A stretch of 64,000 nucleotides of DNA. Origin: Parcubacteria group bacterium GW2011_GWA1_56_13. GTDB lineage: Bacteria > Patescibacteriota > Minisyncoccia > Phycocordibacterales > Phycocordibacteraceae. This document shows, in pieces, positions 8,356 through 17,983 of the stretch. Every line of letters begins with the position of its first letter. The first letter of the stretch is position 1. Both the position numbers and the translations under genes were made by a program. The stretch covers positions 199,251 through 263,250 of the forward strand of contig LCRY01000002.1 of the NCBI GenBank assembly GCA_001004905.1, read 5' to 3'. The notes under the pieces were generated by a model, which saw only the letters and a program-made list of their open reading frames with translations, made no database searches and was not told where the DNA came from.

Positions 8356-9411
8356 ATGAACACAAAGGTGCTACGACCCTATTTTCTTGTCGCGCTTATC
8401 ACGATTTCGTTCATATTGACCTTTTTTATTTTCCGCCCGTTCCTCATTATCCTGGTCCTGGCGGGCGTATTCGCCGTGGTGCTTCAGCCCTTGTACCAGG
8501 GAGTCCTTCGCGGCATGAGCGGTTCGCCGGGGTTGGCCGCGTTCGCGACGATGCTATTGTCGGTGTTATGCATTCTGATCCCGGTCATGTTCATTGCGAC
8601 ACAGATAGCAGGCGACGCACATGATTTGTACACTTCGCTTTCAGACGGTAGCGGGGAAACCTATCTTGGCTCGATCCTCCAATACACAAACGATGTCGCA
8701 GAAAAATACGTGCCGAGTTTTGCGCTTTCCAGAACGGAATTTTCGGCGGCTGCCGTTGACGAGTACGTAAAAGGCGGCCTGACATGGCTGGTGCAGAATG
8801 TGGGCGGAGCCTTCGGCGGAGTTGCCCGATTCCTCGTCAGTCTTTTTATCTTCCTGATCGCGCTCTACTATTTTCTTCGTGACGGCGCCAAGATCAAACA
8901 GATAATCGTGAAAGCAAGCCCTCTTGCCGATAGCAACGATGAGATCGTGTTCGCGCGGCTCGAGCTCGCCATAAATTCGGTCATTCGAGGAAGCCTTTTA
9001 ATAGCGTCCATACAGGGCATCTTGACCGGCATAGGATTCACCCTTTTTGGCGTGCCAAACAGTGTTTTGTGGGGAGTGGTGGCCGCGCTTGCCGCGCTCA
9101 TTCCCGGCGTCGGAACCTCGCTTGTTCTCGTACCCGCGATTGCATATCTGTTCATTACCGGCGCGACGATGCCGGCGGTCGGGCTTCTGGTTTGGAGCAT
9201 AGCGGCCGTCGGTCTGATCGACAATCTGCTCGGACCTAAGTTGATGGGGAAGGGAATGCATCTCCATCCCCTTATCGTGCTTCTTTCGGTATTCGGCGGC
9301 CTTGCATTTTTCGGTACGGCCGGCCTCTTTCTCGGGCCGCTCAGCGTCAGCCTCTTATTCACGCTCCTATCCCTCTATCGCCACATGGCACCGGAATTGA
9401 CGACGCTTTAA
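8356..9411 (+). CDS. AI-2E family transporter
   Basis: Multi-TM; YYFLRDG, IPGVGT, IDNLLGPKL, G..GLFLGP. Confidence 0.9.
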   Translation: MNTKVLRPYFLVALITISFILTFFIFRPFLIILVLAGVFAVVLQPLYQGVLRGMSGSPGLAAFATMLLSVLCILIPVMFIATQIAGDAHDLYTSLSDGSGETYLGSILQYTNDVAEKYVPSFALSRTEFSAAAVDEYVKGGLTWLVQNVGGAFGGVARFLVSLFIFLIALYYFLRDGAKIKQIIVKASPLADSNDEIVFARLELAINSVIRGSLLIASIQGILTGIGFTLFGVPNSVLWGVVAALAALIPGVGTSLVLVPAIAYLFITGATMPAVGLLVWSIAAVGLIDNLLGPKLMGKGMHLHPLIVLLSVFGGLAFFGTAGLFLGPLSVSLLFTLLSLYRHMAPELTTL

Positions 9412-9461
9412 TCCGGCGTCGTACCGCGCGGTATATACGTCGCCCCGGATGGGGTCCGTGG

Positions 9462-9920
9462 TCAGGGATTTTTAACCACCAAGGTGGCCATGACACTAGC
9501 GTCTTCACCGGCAACGACGACCTGATAGGTTCCCGGCACAAGCGCGACCGAATCCGAATAGGACCAGCGACCCTTCACTACGGGCACATCCGCCGCGCCG
9601 ACGATGCCGATACCATCGCTGTTGTTGATGACTATCGCGATTTTTGAGACATTGGCCGTTCCCGTGATAGTGGGGTACGCCGAGGTTGAAATGAGGGACT
9701 GAGCGTCAAACCGTACCGACAATACGCTCTTCTTAGTCGTACTTCCGAAGAGAAACGTCGGCTGTGCGCCGGTCGCCGTGACCTGCGACGTTGTTGCGGC
9801 CGGATTTTGCTGCGTGGTGCCTGCCGTCGTCGGCGCGGATGCGGGGCGGAGGAAAAAGAAACTGGCGGCGATGATAATAAGAAGAGCGGTAATCATTCCG
9901 AGCGCGACTTTGGTGTTCAT
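9462..9920 (-). CDS. membrane-anchored protein with Ig-like C-terminus
   Basis: TM helix, Thr-rich linker, PTITGTA...GRWSY...LVPGTYQV. Confidence 0.7.
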   Translation of the reverse strand: MNTKVALGMITALLIIIAASFFFLRPASAPTTAGTTQQNPAATTSQVTATGAQPTFLFGSTTKKSVLSVRFDAQSLISTSAYPTITGTANVSKIAIVINNSDGIGIVGAADVPVVKGRWSYSDSVALVPGTYQVVVAGEDASVMATLVVKNP

Positions 9921-10022
9921 AGCCCAAAGTATACGACACCACGGGCCAGTCGCAATATAAAACAATATAAAAACAGAAACCGCTCGAACAGACGCAGTGT
10001 CTGTTCAAGCGGCAGGGTTTCT

Positions 10023-10196
10023 TTAGCGCGCGTTCCACCTGCGGAGCCGCGGAACTAGAACGAACGCCTGGAGGAAGCAAACGGCGAAGAATACGACGCC
10101 TGTCGCGATGGAGCCGGTTAGATTCCCATCGGCGAGCGCGTATAGAAAGAATGCGCCAAATACAAGGATGAGAATGATCGAGACGGTCTTGGCCAT
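10023..10196 (-). CDS. 57-aa two-TM small protein
   Basis: MAKTVSIILILVFGAFFLYALADG...; SD AAGGA; promoter at 10235-10263. Confidence 0.6.
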   Translation of the reverse strand: MAKTVSIILILVFGAFFLYALADGNLTGSIATGVVFFAVCFLQAFVLVPRLRRWNAR

Positions 10197-10234
10197 GGTA
10201 TTTCCTTACGAGTAGAGGAATATGTTCCGCGCAC

Positions 10235-10263
10235 ATTATGTATTTCAATGCCTGATATGTCAA
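10235..10263 (-). promoter_or_regulatory. sigma70 promoter
   Basis: TTGACA-17 nt-CATAAT. Confidence 0.65.
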
Positions 10264-10562
10264 GTCCTGCTCCGGGAGCAGGACCATCGGAATTTCTCTT
10301 CCGCAACTCAAACACTCGCCGCCGCGAGTGTTTGGTCGTGTCCGCGACTCGCGACCTGCACTGCTGTGCAGGTGCCCGCTCCGTCTCTTCGAGTTCTGCA
10401 CCCCGGTAGAAAAAGAAAAGAACTGGAGACATGCTCCAGCCCTTTCTTTTTTGCTCCGGGAGCAGGACTCGAACCTGCAACCAACGCCTTAACCCCAGTA
10501 GTACAGCAAAGCTGACTACGGGGCAGGCACGGCGCTGCGGCATATACCTATGCACCAACTCT
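10264..10562 (-). repeat. tRNA-Asn-associated structured repeat element (diverged tRNA 3' copies)
   Basis: tRNA-like 3' part 10452-10535, 17-bp direct repeat 10268-10284/10452-10468, inverted copy 10388-10408. Confidence 0.7.
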
Positions 10563-10637
10563 TGGCTCCGGAGACAGGACTCGAACCTGTAACCACCTCG
10601 TTAACAGCGAGATGCTCTACCATTGAGCTACTCCGGA
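10563..10637 (-). tRNA. tRNA-Asn (GTT)
   Basis: Full cloverleaf TCCGGAG...GCTCAATGGTAGAGC...CT GTT AA...GGTTCGAGTCC...CTCCGGAG CCA. Confidence 0.95.
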
Positions 10638-10767
10638 GCCAAAGTTTGGTGCCAGGCCATTGACCCTGATGAGATAGCCATAGGCGGCATCTCACGGAGC
10701 AAGGCTATCCCGGAATGTCTTTGCATGTTAACCGAAAAATCATATATCGCAATGATAGAATTGCGGC

Positions 10768-11244
10768 ATGGGCACCCTGTCGCTCACCAGTCCCGCGTTC
10801 GAGCATAACGGGACGATACCCGCAAAGTACACCTGCGATGGGAATAGCGAGCTTTCGCCGCCTCTTTCCATCAGCGGCGTGCCGGAGGGCGCACAATCGC
10901 TCGTGCTCATCATGGACGATCCGGACGTGCCGAGGGAGCTGAAAGCGGACGGCGTCTTCGACCACTGGACGCTGTTCAATATTCCGCCCGATACGCATGA
11001 GATCCCCGAAGGCGCCATAGCGGGGGAGGCGGGAGCGAATTCAAGCGGCGCGGCGGGATATACCGGCCCGTGCCCGCCGCCCGAGTATGAACCAAGCGAG
11101 CACCGCTATGTCTTTGCGCTGTACGCGCTTTCCGGACCGCTTCTCCGGTTCGCCGAAATACCGACGAAGCGACAGGTGCTCTCCGCGCTTGAACCGCTCG
11201 TACTCGAAAAGGCGGAACTCATCGGCCGTTATTCCAGAACATAA
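10768..11244 (+). CDS. YbhB/YbcL (PEBP/RKIP-like) protein
   Basis: IPAKYTCDG..SPPL, MDDPD, DHW..FNIP, YTGPCPP, HRYVF. Confidence 0.92.
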   Translation: MGTLSLTSPAFEHNGTIPAKYTCDGNSELSPPLSISGVPEGAQSLVLIMDDPDVPRELKADGVFDHWTLFNIPPDTHEIPEGAIAGEAGANSSGAAGYTGPCPPPEYEPSEHRYVFALYALSGPLLRFAEIPTKRQVLSALEPLVLEKAELIGRYSRT

Positions 11245-11462
11245 TGTACATTAAAGTATTCGTCACGCCGGACGCTAAACGCGAAAAAGTCGAGGAGAAG
11301 GGAGAAGCGCTGACAATTTCCGTCAGAGAACCGGCGTCGGGGAACCGGGCGAACAATCGGGTGCGCGAGATCATCGCGCTGCGGCTGCGAAGCCCGCTCG
11401 GGAAAGTCCGCATACTGACAGGACACCACTCGCGGGCTAAAATGATAAGCGTTGGCACTTAA
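11244..11462 (+). CDS. DUF167 (YggU-like) protein
   Basis: V.VTPDAK...V.EPA..NRAN...I..GH.SR.K. Confidence 0.85.
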   Translation: MYIKVFVTPDAKREKVEEKGEALTISVREPASGNRANNRVREIIALRLRSPLGKVRILTGHHSRAKMISVGT

Positions 11463-11471
11463 CATCTTCCT

Positions 11472-11834
11472 ATGAATATTGTTACAAAAGCGACGAAGTA
11501 TAAGCTCACTCCCGATACCGAAGCCCTCGTGGAAGAAAAACTCGTGGCGCCGTTGCGCCTGCTGGGCAGAAAAGGCGATAAAGCCCTGCTCGAAATAGAA
11601 GTAGAACAGGCGCCGGCGGAAGGCCGTTCCTCGGAGCCGTTCCGCCTGGTTGCGCGTCTTATCGTGGACGACAAGGTCTTCCACGCCGAGGCGGTGAAGC
11701 CGACGCCTGAAAGCGCGGCCGACAAGGTCAGGAGCGAACTGGAGGCAGAGATACGCAAAGACCGCGGCCGCACGCGGACATTCATCAGGCGCGGCGGCGC
11801 GGCGCTCAAGGAAATGTTGCGCTTCGGACGTTAG
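11472..11834 (+). CDS. ribosome hibernation factor (HPF/RaiA)-like protein
   Basis: MNI.TKAT..LTP.....VEEKL ... AE......A.D.V..ELE..IRK. Confidence 0.7.
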   Translation: MNIVTKATKYKLTPDTEALVEEKLVAPLRLLGRKGDKALLEIEVEQAPAEGRSSEPFRLVARLIVDDKVFHAEAVKPTPESAADKVRSELEAEIRKDRGRTRTFIRRGGAALKEMLRFGR

Positions 11835-11862
11835 TGTCTCGGCTTTTTGGCGTAGCAGTATC

Positions 11863-12414
11863 TTAACCTCTCTTGTTTTCCAGCCACGCGAGCATCGTAC
11901 CCGCGTCCGATACTTCAAGCGGGTCGTCGGGACAGTCATCGGAAAGTCCCGGTTCGATGAACAGCTTTTGTATGGTGCCGTCCTCGACCAGCATCGAATA
12001 GCGCCAGCTTCTGTCGCCGAAGCCGAGATTTTCTTTCTTGACCAGCATCCCCATGCCGCGTGTGAACGCGGCGTTGCCGTCCGGAAGCATTTTCACGTTC
12101 TGTACGCCGAGCTTGTCCGCCCACTGCTTCATCACGAACGCGTCATTGACCGAGAGACAGTACACTTCGTCAACACCTAACTCTTTGAACGTATCGTAAT
12201 TCGCTTCGTAACCCGGCAAGTGCGTTGACGTGCAGACGGGTGTGAAAGCGCCGGGAAGCCCCAGCACGACGACTTTTTTGCCGCTGAAAATTTCCTTGGA
12301 GGAGACGTCCTGCCAGCGGTAAGGATTATCGCCGCCTACGGATTCATCGCGGACCCGCATCTTGAACGCGACATCCGGCACCGAAGACCCTTCTGTGAGG
12401 GGTTGTTGAGCCAT
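11863..12414 (-). CDS. peroxiredoxin (PRX5-like redoxin)
   Basis: LPGAFTPVCT, SVNDAFVM..W, RSWRYSMLV. Confidence 0.95.
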   Translation of the reverse strand: MAQQPLTEGSSVPDVAFKMRVRDESVGGDNPYRWQDVSSKEIFSGKKVVVLGLPGAFTPVCTSTHLPGYEANYDTFKELGVDEVYCLSVNDAFVMKQWADKLGVQNVKMLPDGNAAFTRGMGMLVKKENLGFGDRSWRYSMLVEDGTIQKLFIEPGLSDDCPDDPLEVSDAGTMLAWLENKRG

Positions 12415-12441
12415 GGCGTAGTGAGTATAGCAAAAGGCATC

Positions 12442-13809
12442 CTACGGACGGCTCGCGGCGCGTGGACCGGCGTACTCCATTTCCCGTTTTCCTTCGGGAA
12501 TAACCCGCTCGATGATGAATTCGTCGCCTCGGAAGGATGCCTTCACTACCTTCATGCGTTTTCCATGTTCGAAAAAATACGTGCCTATGGTGTCGGCATA
12601 CGCACGGTATTTATTCCAATTCTCCTTCGCGGGAGCATCAAGCGAGAGGAGCCCGTCTTCCTTCCGTATCTTATACGCGCGAATGGCACGCGAAGCGTCT
12701 TGCGGAATTGGAACGATCTTGTCTTCCAGGTACGCGGGAATCGTGTGGACAAGCAGATCCGCGCCGATAGAAATAAGCCGTGGGCGCAGTTCTCGGGCGG
12801 TTTCGCCGTTCTCTACAGCGGTCTTCTCTTGCGCCAGAATATCGCCGGCGTCGAGTTCTTTCGTCATTTTCTGGATCGTGACCCCGGTACCCGCGTCGCC
12901 GGAGAGAAGCGCGGTCTCAAGCGGCGTGGCGCCGCGGTATTTCGGCAGAAGGGAATAATGGACGTTCAACACGCCTTTGGGGAATGCGTTGATGAGTGTT
13001 TCGGGGAAAATCTTTCCGTATGCGACGCAGACGGCATACTCGCATCCGAGCCCGGCGATCGCCGCGACGGTTTCGGCGTCCAGTTTTTCCGGCGTTATGA
13101 CCGGGATGCCGTATGCAAGGGCAAGTTTTTTCGTTTCCGAAGGAGTGAGCGTAAGTCCGCGGCCTCTTGGCGCGTCGGGAGAGGTGATGATAAGCGACGG
13201 TATGAAGCCGCGTTCAATGAGGATCGCAAGCGTGTCCCCCGCGACTTTCGGCGTGCCGAAAAATACGAACGGATGAAGCGACCCTTCCGGAATGCGGATG
13301 AGGCGTTCGGCATGGTCGGTGAAGAGGATCCCGTTCAGGTGGTCTATCTCGTGCTCGAATATCTGCGCTAATAGGCCGCCCGCGCCTCGTTTCAGGGTCG
13401 AGCCGTCGGGATTCTGCGCCTGTATGGTGACGCGCTCGTGCCGTTTAGTCGTTCCGTAGACTCCGTGGACCGAGAGACACCCTTCATCGGCTTCCGCGCG
13501 CTTGCGGGACGTCTTTACTATTTTCGGGTTGATATACACCTCGATGGTAGGTGGCGGGGGAGGCGACGGCGTGGCGCCTTTTTTGGTCGGAGCCGGAGGA
13601 GGCAGTGTGCGGTCCTTGCGCACGATAAAGAGGCGGTACGAAACGCCCACCTGCGGTGCGGCAAGCGCAACGCCTTCAGGAAACCGGTCGAGTGCCTCGG
13701 CCATGTCGCGTATGAGACGCTCAAGCTCGGGGGAGCCGAAGAGCTCCTCCGGCACCGGGCGCGCGATCTCGCGCAGTACCGGCGCCCCATCTTGCGTGAT
13801 TTCTTTCAT
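12442..13809 (-). CDS. def-fmt: peptide deformylase - methionyl-tRNA formyltransferase fusion
   Basis: PDF motifs GVALAAPQ, EGCLS, HEIDHLNG then Fmt motifs FFGTP, NVHYSLLPKYRGATP, LDAGD in one ORF. Confidence 0.9.
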   Translation of the reverse strand: MKEITQDGAPVLREIARPVPEELFGSPELERLIRDMAEALDRFPEGVALAAPQVGVSYRLFIVRKDRTLPPPAPTKKGATPSPPPPPTIEVYINPKIVKTSRKRAEADEGCLSVHGVYGTTKRHERVTIQAQNPDGSTLKRGAGGLLAQIFEHEIDHLNGILFTDHAERLIRIPEGSLHPFVFFGTPKVAGDTLAILIERGFIPSLIITSPDAPRGRGLTLTPSETKKLALAYGIPVITPEKLDAETVAAIAGLGCEYAVCVAYGKIFPETLINAFPKGVLNVHYSLLPKYRGATPLETALLSGDAGTGVTIQKMTKELDAGDILAQEKTAVENGETARELRPRLISIGADLLVHTIPAYLEDKIVPIPQDASRAIRAYKIRKEDGLLSLDAPAKENWNKYRAYADTIGTYFFEHGKRMKVVKASFRGDEFIIERVIPEGKREMEYAGPRAASRP

Positions 13810-13871
13810 GTGCTCCAGTGTATCATCTCCTCTAGCGCCGTGGTATTCTGATGCTCATTAAATCTTTTCAT

Positions 13872-14543
13872 ATGCGGACCGCACTTATTACCGGCGTCAG
13901 CAAAGGAATCGGAAAAGCGGAGGCCCAAAAGCTCCTTGCGGAAGGGTTCCATGTTTTCGGAACATCAACAACCGGAAAAATTGATTACGCCCATAAAAAT
14001 CTGCAAATCATTCCATTGGACCTGAAATCATCGGAGAGCATCGCCGCTTGCGCATCTGCCATCGCTAAGACAAAGACCATGTTCAATGTTGTCATCAATA
14101 ACGCGGGGGTGCTACTGGACGATGAAGATACGGTGCTCATTCCTGAAAAACTGAGAGCAACGCTCGAAGTGAATCTCATCGGGACGGCCGAATTCACCGA
14201 ACGCGTTTTGTCCTCCGTAAAAAAGGAGGGAATTATCGTTATGACATCTTCGACGGCCGGCTCCTTACAGCTTGCCGAAACGGCCGATCATTACCCGCTC
14301 CACTATCCCGCGTACAAGATCTCAAAGGCCGCTTTAAACATGTACATGCGGACCTTGGCCCGCAGATTGCGCGACACCGGCCCCATCGTTCTTTCCGTGC
14401 ATCCAGGATGGGTAAAGACCGACATGGGTGGGGAAGAGGCCGACACCACGCCAGAAGAGGCCGCGGAGGATATCTACCACACCATCGTTTCCCGACCCAA
14501 AAACGGCGTTTTCCTATTCCGTGGTCGGCACATTCCTTGGTAA
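13872..14543 (+). CDS. SDR-family oxidoreductase
   Basis: TGVSKGIG, NNAG, YKISK, HPGWVKTDMGG. Confidence 0.92.
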   Translation: MRTALITGVSKGIGKAEAQKLLAEGFHVFGTSTTGKIDYAHKNLQIIPLDLKSSESIAACASAIAKTKTMFNVVINNAGVLLDDEDTVLIPEKLRATLEVNLIGTAEFTERVLSSVKKEGIIVMTSSTAGSLQLAETADHYPLHYPAYKISKAALNMYMRTLARRLRDTGPIVLSVHPGWVKTDMGGEEADTTPEEAAEDIYHTIVSRPKNGVFLFRGRHIPW

Positions 14544-14837
14544 TTATCGCGTCTCGTGCTTCGTCGGATCAAGTTCCCACCAGAATTTTTTACTGAAACT
14601 CTTCGCCTGGCTGCAAACGCTTTTCAAGTAATACAGGTCCTGTGTCGGTATTTTTTCGAGCACGGTACCGAGATGGGCCATGGTCATGGGAGCGAGCCCG
14701 TCCTGCTTGCGTGCATAGTTCAGATGGCGCAGGAAGAAGCGCATCAGTTCGCCACGCTCGGTCTGGCGTTTTCTTCCTTTGGGCGCTTCCGCCGCTTTCT
14801 TTTCGAAATCCGGAAGGATATCACTGATGGCTCTCAT
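14544..14837 (-). CDS. small basic hypothetical protein
   Basis: 97 aa, start overlaps the murA stop (ATGA). Confidence 0.7.
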   Translation of the reverse strand: MRAISDILPDFEKKAAEAPKGRKRQTERGELMRFFLRHLNYARKQDGLAPMTMAHLGTVLEKIPTQDLYYLKSVCSQAKSFSKKFWWELDPTKHETR

Positions 14838-16138
14838 GACGCTTCGATAGAGGCGCCGAGCTTTCGCAGGCGCGGGACGAGATTTTCGTAGCCGCGGTTG
14901 ATGGTGTAGACATTCCGCAGCATGGAACGGCCCTTTGCCGCGAGCATCGCGATGACGAGAATGGCGCCGATGCGCAGTACGGGCGGGCAAATTATCTCGG
15001 CCGCCTTGAGGTGCGACGGCCCCGTTATCGAGATGCGGTGCGGGTCATGCAGCAAGGTGGTCGCGCCGAGCCGGTCGAGTTCCGTGTAGTAAATGGCGCG
15101 CTTGTCATACACCCAGTCGTGGAGCATGGTAGTACCTTTCGCCTGTGTGGCGATAACGGCGAAAAAAGGAAGGTTATCCATGTTCAATCCGGGATAGGGG
15201 CGAGGATGGATCGGTTCGGGGAACGCGACGAGTTCGGAAGGCTTGATAGCGATGTCCGCGAGGCGCGTAATGCCGTTCTCTGAGGTTCCCGTTTCGGCGA
15301 TGGAGAACTGCAGACCCATTTTTTCAAGAACGATGAGCTCTATTTCAAGAAAGGCGATGGGCGCGCGGCGCACCGTGACGGCGGAGTGCGTCGCGGCCGC
15401 GGCGGCGATGAAGAACATGCTGTCGATCGGGTCTTCGGCCACGCTGTAAGAAACGTCTTTGGCGATGTCGGCCAGTCCGGTAATGGTCAGCGTCGTGCTC
15501 CCGACACCGTCTATCTTCACGCCAAGGGCTTTGAGGAATCCGCACAGCTCCTGCACTTGATAATTCGCCGAGGCATATTTGATGACGCTCGTGCCGGGAA
15601 TGCGAGATGCCGCAAGCAGGGCGTTTTCGGTAGCCGTATCGCTTGATTCATACAGGATTATCTCGGCGGGCCGGAGCCCTGAATGCTTGATGGAAAAGCG
15701 GTCCTTCAGCGCCTCGATCTCCACGCCGAATTTCTCCAGCGCGAAAAGATGCGGGCGTACGGTCCGCGTTCCGAGCGTGCAGCCGCCTGACTGCGGGATC
15801 TCGAACGAGCGCGCATGATGCAGCAGCGGGCCGATGAAGAGCAGGATGCTGCGGGTCCGGGTCGCCGCGTCGCGGTCGATTGACCCCAGGGAGAGCTTTC
15901 CGGGCACCTCGATGACGACGCTCGTACCGCGCCACTCGACCGAGACGCCGATGGAACGAAGCACTTCGATGAGGCGGTTCACTTCCTCGATTTTTGGCAC
16001 GTGGTCGAACGTCGTGCGGCCCTTATTGAGAAGGGAAGAAGCGAGGAGCGCGACAACCCCGTTCTTGGACCGGCTTGTCTCGACTGATCCCGAAAGCTCG
16101 CGACCCCCCTCGACGAAAAAGTTAACTCCTTCCTCCAT
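14834..16138 (-). CDS. murA: UDP-N-acetylglucosamine 1-carboxyvinyltransferase
   Basis: SKN, GGCTLGTR with catalytic Cys, PYPG, RGYE. Confidence 0.93.
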   Translation of the reverse strand: MEEGVNFFVEGGRELSGSVETSRSKNGVVALLASSLLNKGRTTFDHVPKIEEVNRLIEVLRSIGVSVEWRGTSVVIEVPGKLSLGSIDRDAATRTRSILLFIGPLLHHARSFEIPQSGGCTLGTRTVRPHLFALEKFGVEIEALKDRFSIKHSGLRPAEIILYESSDTATENALLAASRIPGTSVIKYASANYQVQELCGFLKALGVKIDGVGSTTLTITGLADIAKDVSYSVAEDPIDSMFFIAAAAATHSAVTVRRAPIAFLEIELIVLEKMGLQFSIAETGTSENGITRLADIAIKPSELVAFPEPIHPRPYPGLNMDNLPFFAVIATQAKGTTMLHDWVYDKRAIYYTELDRLGATTLLHDPHRISITGPSHLKAAEIICPPVLRIGAILVIAMLAAKGRSMLRNVYTINRGYENLVPRLRKLGASIEAS

Positions 16139-16193
16139 ACGGGCCATCGTACCATCTTTGCGCGGGAGCGCCGAGCGAGATATTATGGGAGCG

Positions 16194-17219
16194 ATGACTT
16201 TCTTTTCTCCGAAACTGGGCATAGACCTCGGAACCACGAATATCCTCGTATTCGTTCCCGGCAAAGGCGTCATCATTAATGAGCCCTCGGTCGTTGCCGT
16301 CGGCAAAGCGCACGGCAAGAAGGGGGGCAACAAGATACTCGCCATCGGCGCGGAGGCGAAACAGATGATAGGCCGCACGCCCGACGACATTATCGCGTAC
16401 CGTCCGATGAAAGACGGCGTCATCGCTGACTACCGCATCACCGAGGCGATGCTCCGCTATTTCATAAAGAAAGCACTCGGCCATAATCCGTTCAAGCCGA
16501 CCGTGCTCATTTCGGTTCCCGCGGGCGTCACTTCGACCGAAAAGCGCGCCGTCATCGAGGCGGCGCTCAAGGCCGGCGCGAAGAATGCGTACGTGGTGAA
16601 AGAGCCGATACTCGCGGCTATCGGCGCGGGCATTCCCATCCACGAACCCATGGGGCGCATGGTCGCGGACATCGGAGGCGGGACCATAGACGTCGCCGTA
16701 ATATCGCTCGGCGGCATCGTCGCCTCGACGAGCGTGAAATGCGCGGGCGATCGGCTCGACCGCGCCATCATTGACCATGTGAAAAAACAGCACAATCTCT
16801 CCATCGGCGAAAAGACCGCGGAGGAATTGAAGATAAAAGTCGGAGCCGCAATACCGATGAACGAAGAACTCTCCATGGCAGTCAAAGGACGCGACCTCAT
16901 GAGCGGCCTGCCGCGCACCGTTGATATCTCCACGAACGACCTTGTGCAGGCCATGGCTCGTGAACTGCGCGAAATGACGCAGGCGGTGCGCAAGGTGCTC
17001 CAGGACACGCCGCCAGAACTTGCCGCCGACATCATCGATAACGGCATCATCCTTACCGGCGGCTCCTCCCAGCTCCGTCAGATGCCAGAGCTTGTGTATC
17101 GCCGCACGGGCGTCGTCGCAAAGCTCGGACAGGACCCTTATTTCTGCGTCGCGCGCGGCACCGGCGTCGCGCTCAAGCATTTGGATACGTACCAGAAAAG
17201 CATCTTGGCGAAGCAGTGA
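16194..17219 (+). CDS. mreB: MreB/Mbl actin-like protein (paralogue 1)
   Basis: IDLGTTN, EPSVVA, PMKDGVIADY, DIGGGT. Confidence 0.93.
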   Translation: MTFFSPKLGIDLGTTNILVFVPGKGVIINEPSVVAVGKAHGKKGGNKILAIGAEAKQMIGRTPDDIIAYRPMKDGVIADYRITEAMLRYFIKKALGHNPFKPTVLISVPAGVTSTEKRAVIEAALKAGAKNAYVVKEPILAAIGAGIPIHEPMGRMVADIGGGTIDVAVISLGGIVASTSVKCAGDRLDRAIIDHVKKQHNLSIGEKTAEELKIKVGAAIPMNEELSMAVKGRDLMSGLPRTVDISTNDLVQAMARELREMTQAVRKVLQDTPPELAADIIDNGIILTGGSSQLRQMPELVYRRTGVVAKLGQDPYFCVARGTGVALKHLDTYQKSILAKQ

Positions 17220-17271
17220 TTCTTTGTATTAAAAGACAAAAAAGTTGCGGATTTCTCTGTATACTCAATGC

Positions 17272-17976
17272 ATGCGGTACTTCACTGACGCTCAGCATCT
17301 TCGACACCACGCGTTTATCATCGAGGCGGAAGGGGAGCAAGGGGTAGCGGCGGCGCAGGCGTGGGCGAAGCGGGAGCTTGGAATGAACACGCGGGGGAAT
17401 CCCGATGTCGTGGTACTGCGATATGGTCTGCTCTCGGTCGAAGATGCGCGGCGCGTTGCGGAAACCGCCGCCGGGGTCCCTTTTGCGGGCGAGTACAAGG
17501 TCGTCATCATAGCCGCGAACCGCGCGTATCACGAAGCGCAAAATGCGCTCTTAAAGCTGTTTGAAGAGCCGCCCCCGGGCATGTATCTTTTTCTCGTACT
17601 GCCGTCATTGGGAGGACTCCTCCCGACGCTACGCTCTCGCATTCAAATTCTCAAATACGGATTTCGTAAACCGGTATTTTCAGAAGCGGCGGCGGAGTTT
17701 CTGAGAGCCGGTAAGGAAAAACGCAGCGCGATGATAAAAAAGCTCACGAGCGGTTCGGACGAAGAGGAGCGGCGCGAGAATCGGGAAGAGGCGATTGGCA
17801 TCATGAACGGCGTCGAAGCGGCGGCGTATGCGGCAATGCAAAAAAAGAACGGCGGGTCCATTGCGGCGCTGCTTTCCGATATCGCGGCGTTACGAGGCCA
17901 TCTTTATGACCGCAGCGCGCCCGTCCGCATGATCCTTGAGCATCTCTCGCTCATCACTCCAAAGGGTTTGATATAA
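17272..17976 (+). CDS. holB: DNA polymerase III delta'-like subunit (reduced)
   Basis: NPDV, KVVII, EAQNALLKLFEEPP, LLPTLRSR. Confidence 0.75.
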   Translation: MRYFTDAQHLRHHAFIIEAEGEQGVAAAQAWAKRELGMNTRGNPDVVVLRYGLLSVEDARRVAETAAGVPFAGEYKVVIIAANRAYHEAQNALLKLFEEPPPGMYLFLVLPSLGGLLPTLRSRIQILKYGFRKPVFSEAAAEFLRAGKEKRSAMIKKLTSGSDEEERRENREEAIGIMNGVEAAAYAAMQKKNGGSIAALLSDIAALRGHLYDRSAPVRMILEHLSLITPKGLI

Positions 17977-17983
17977 TGCGCGG

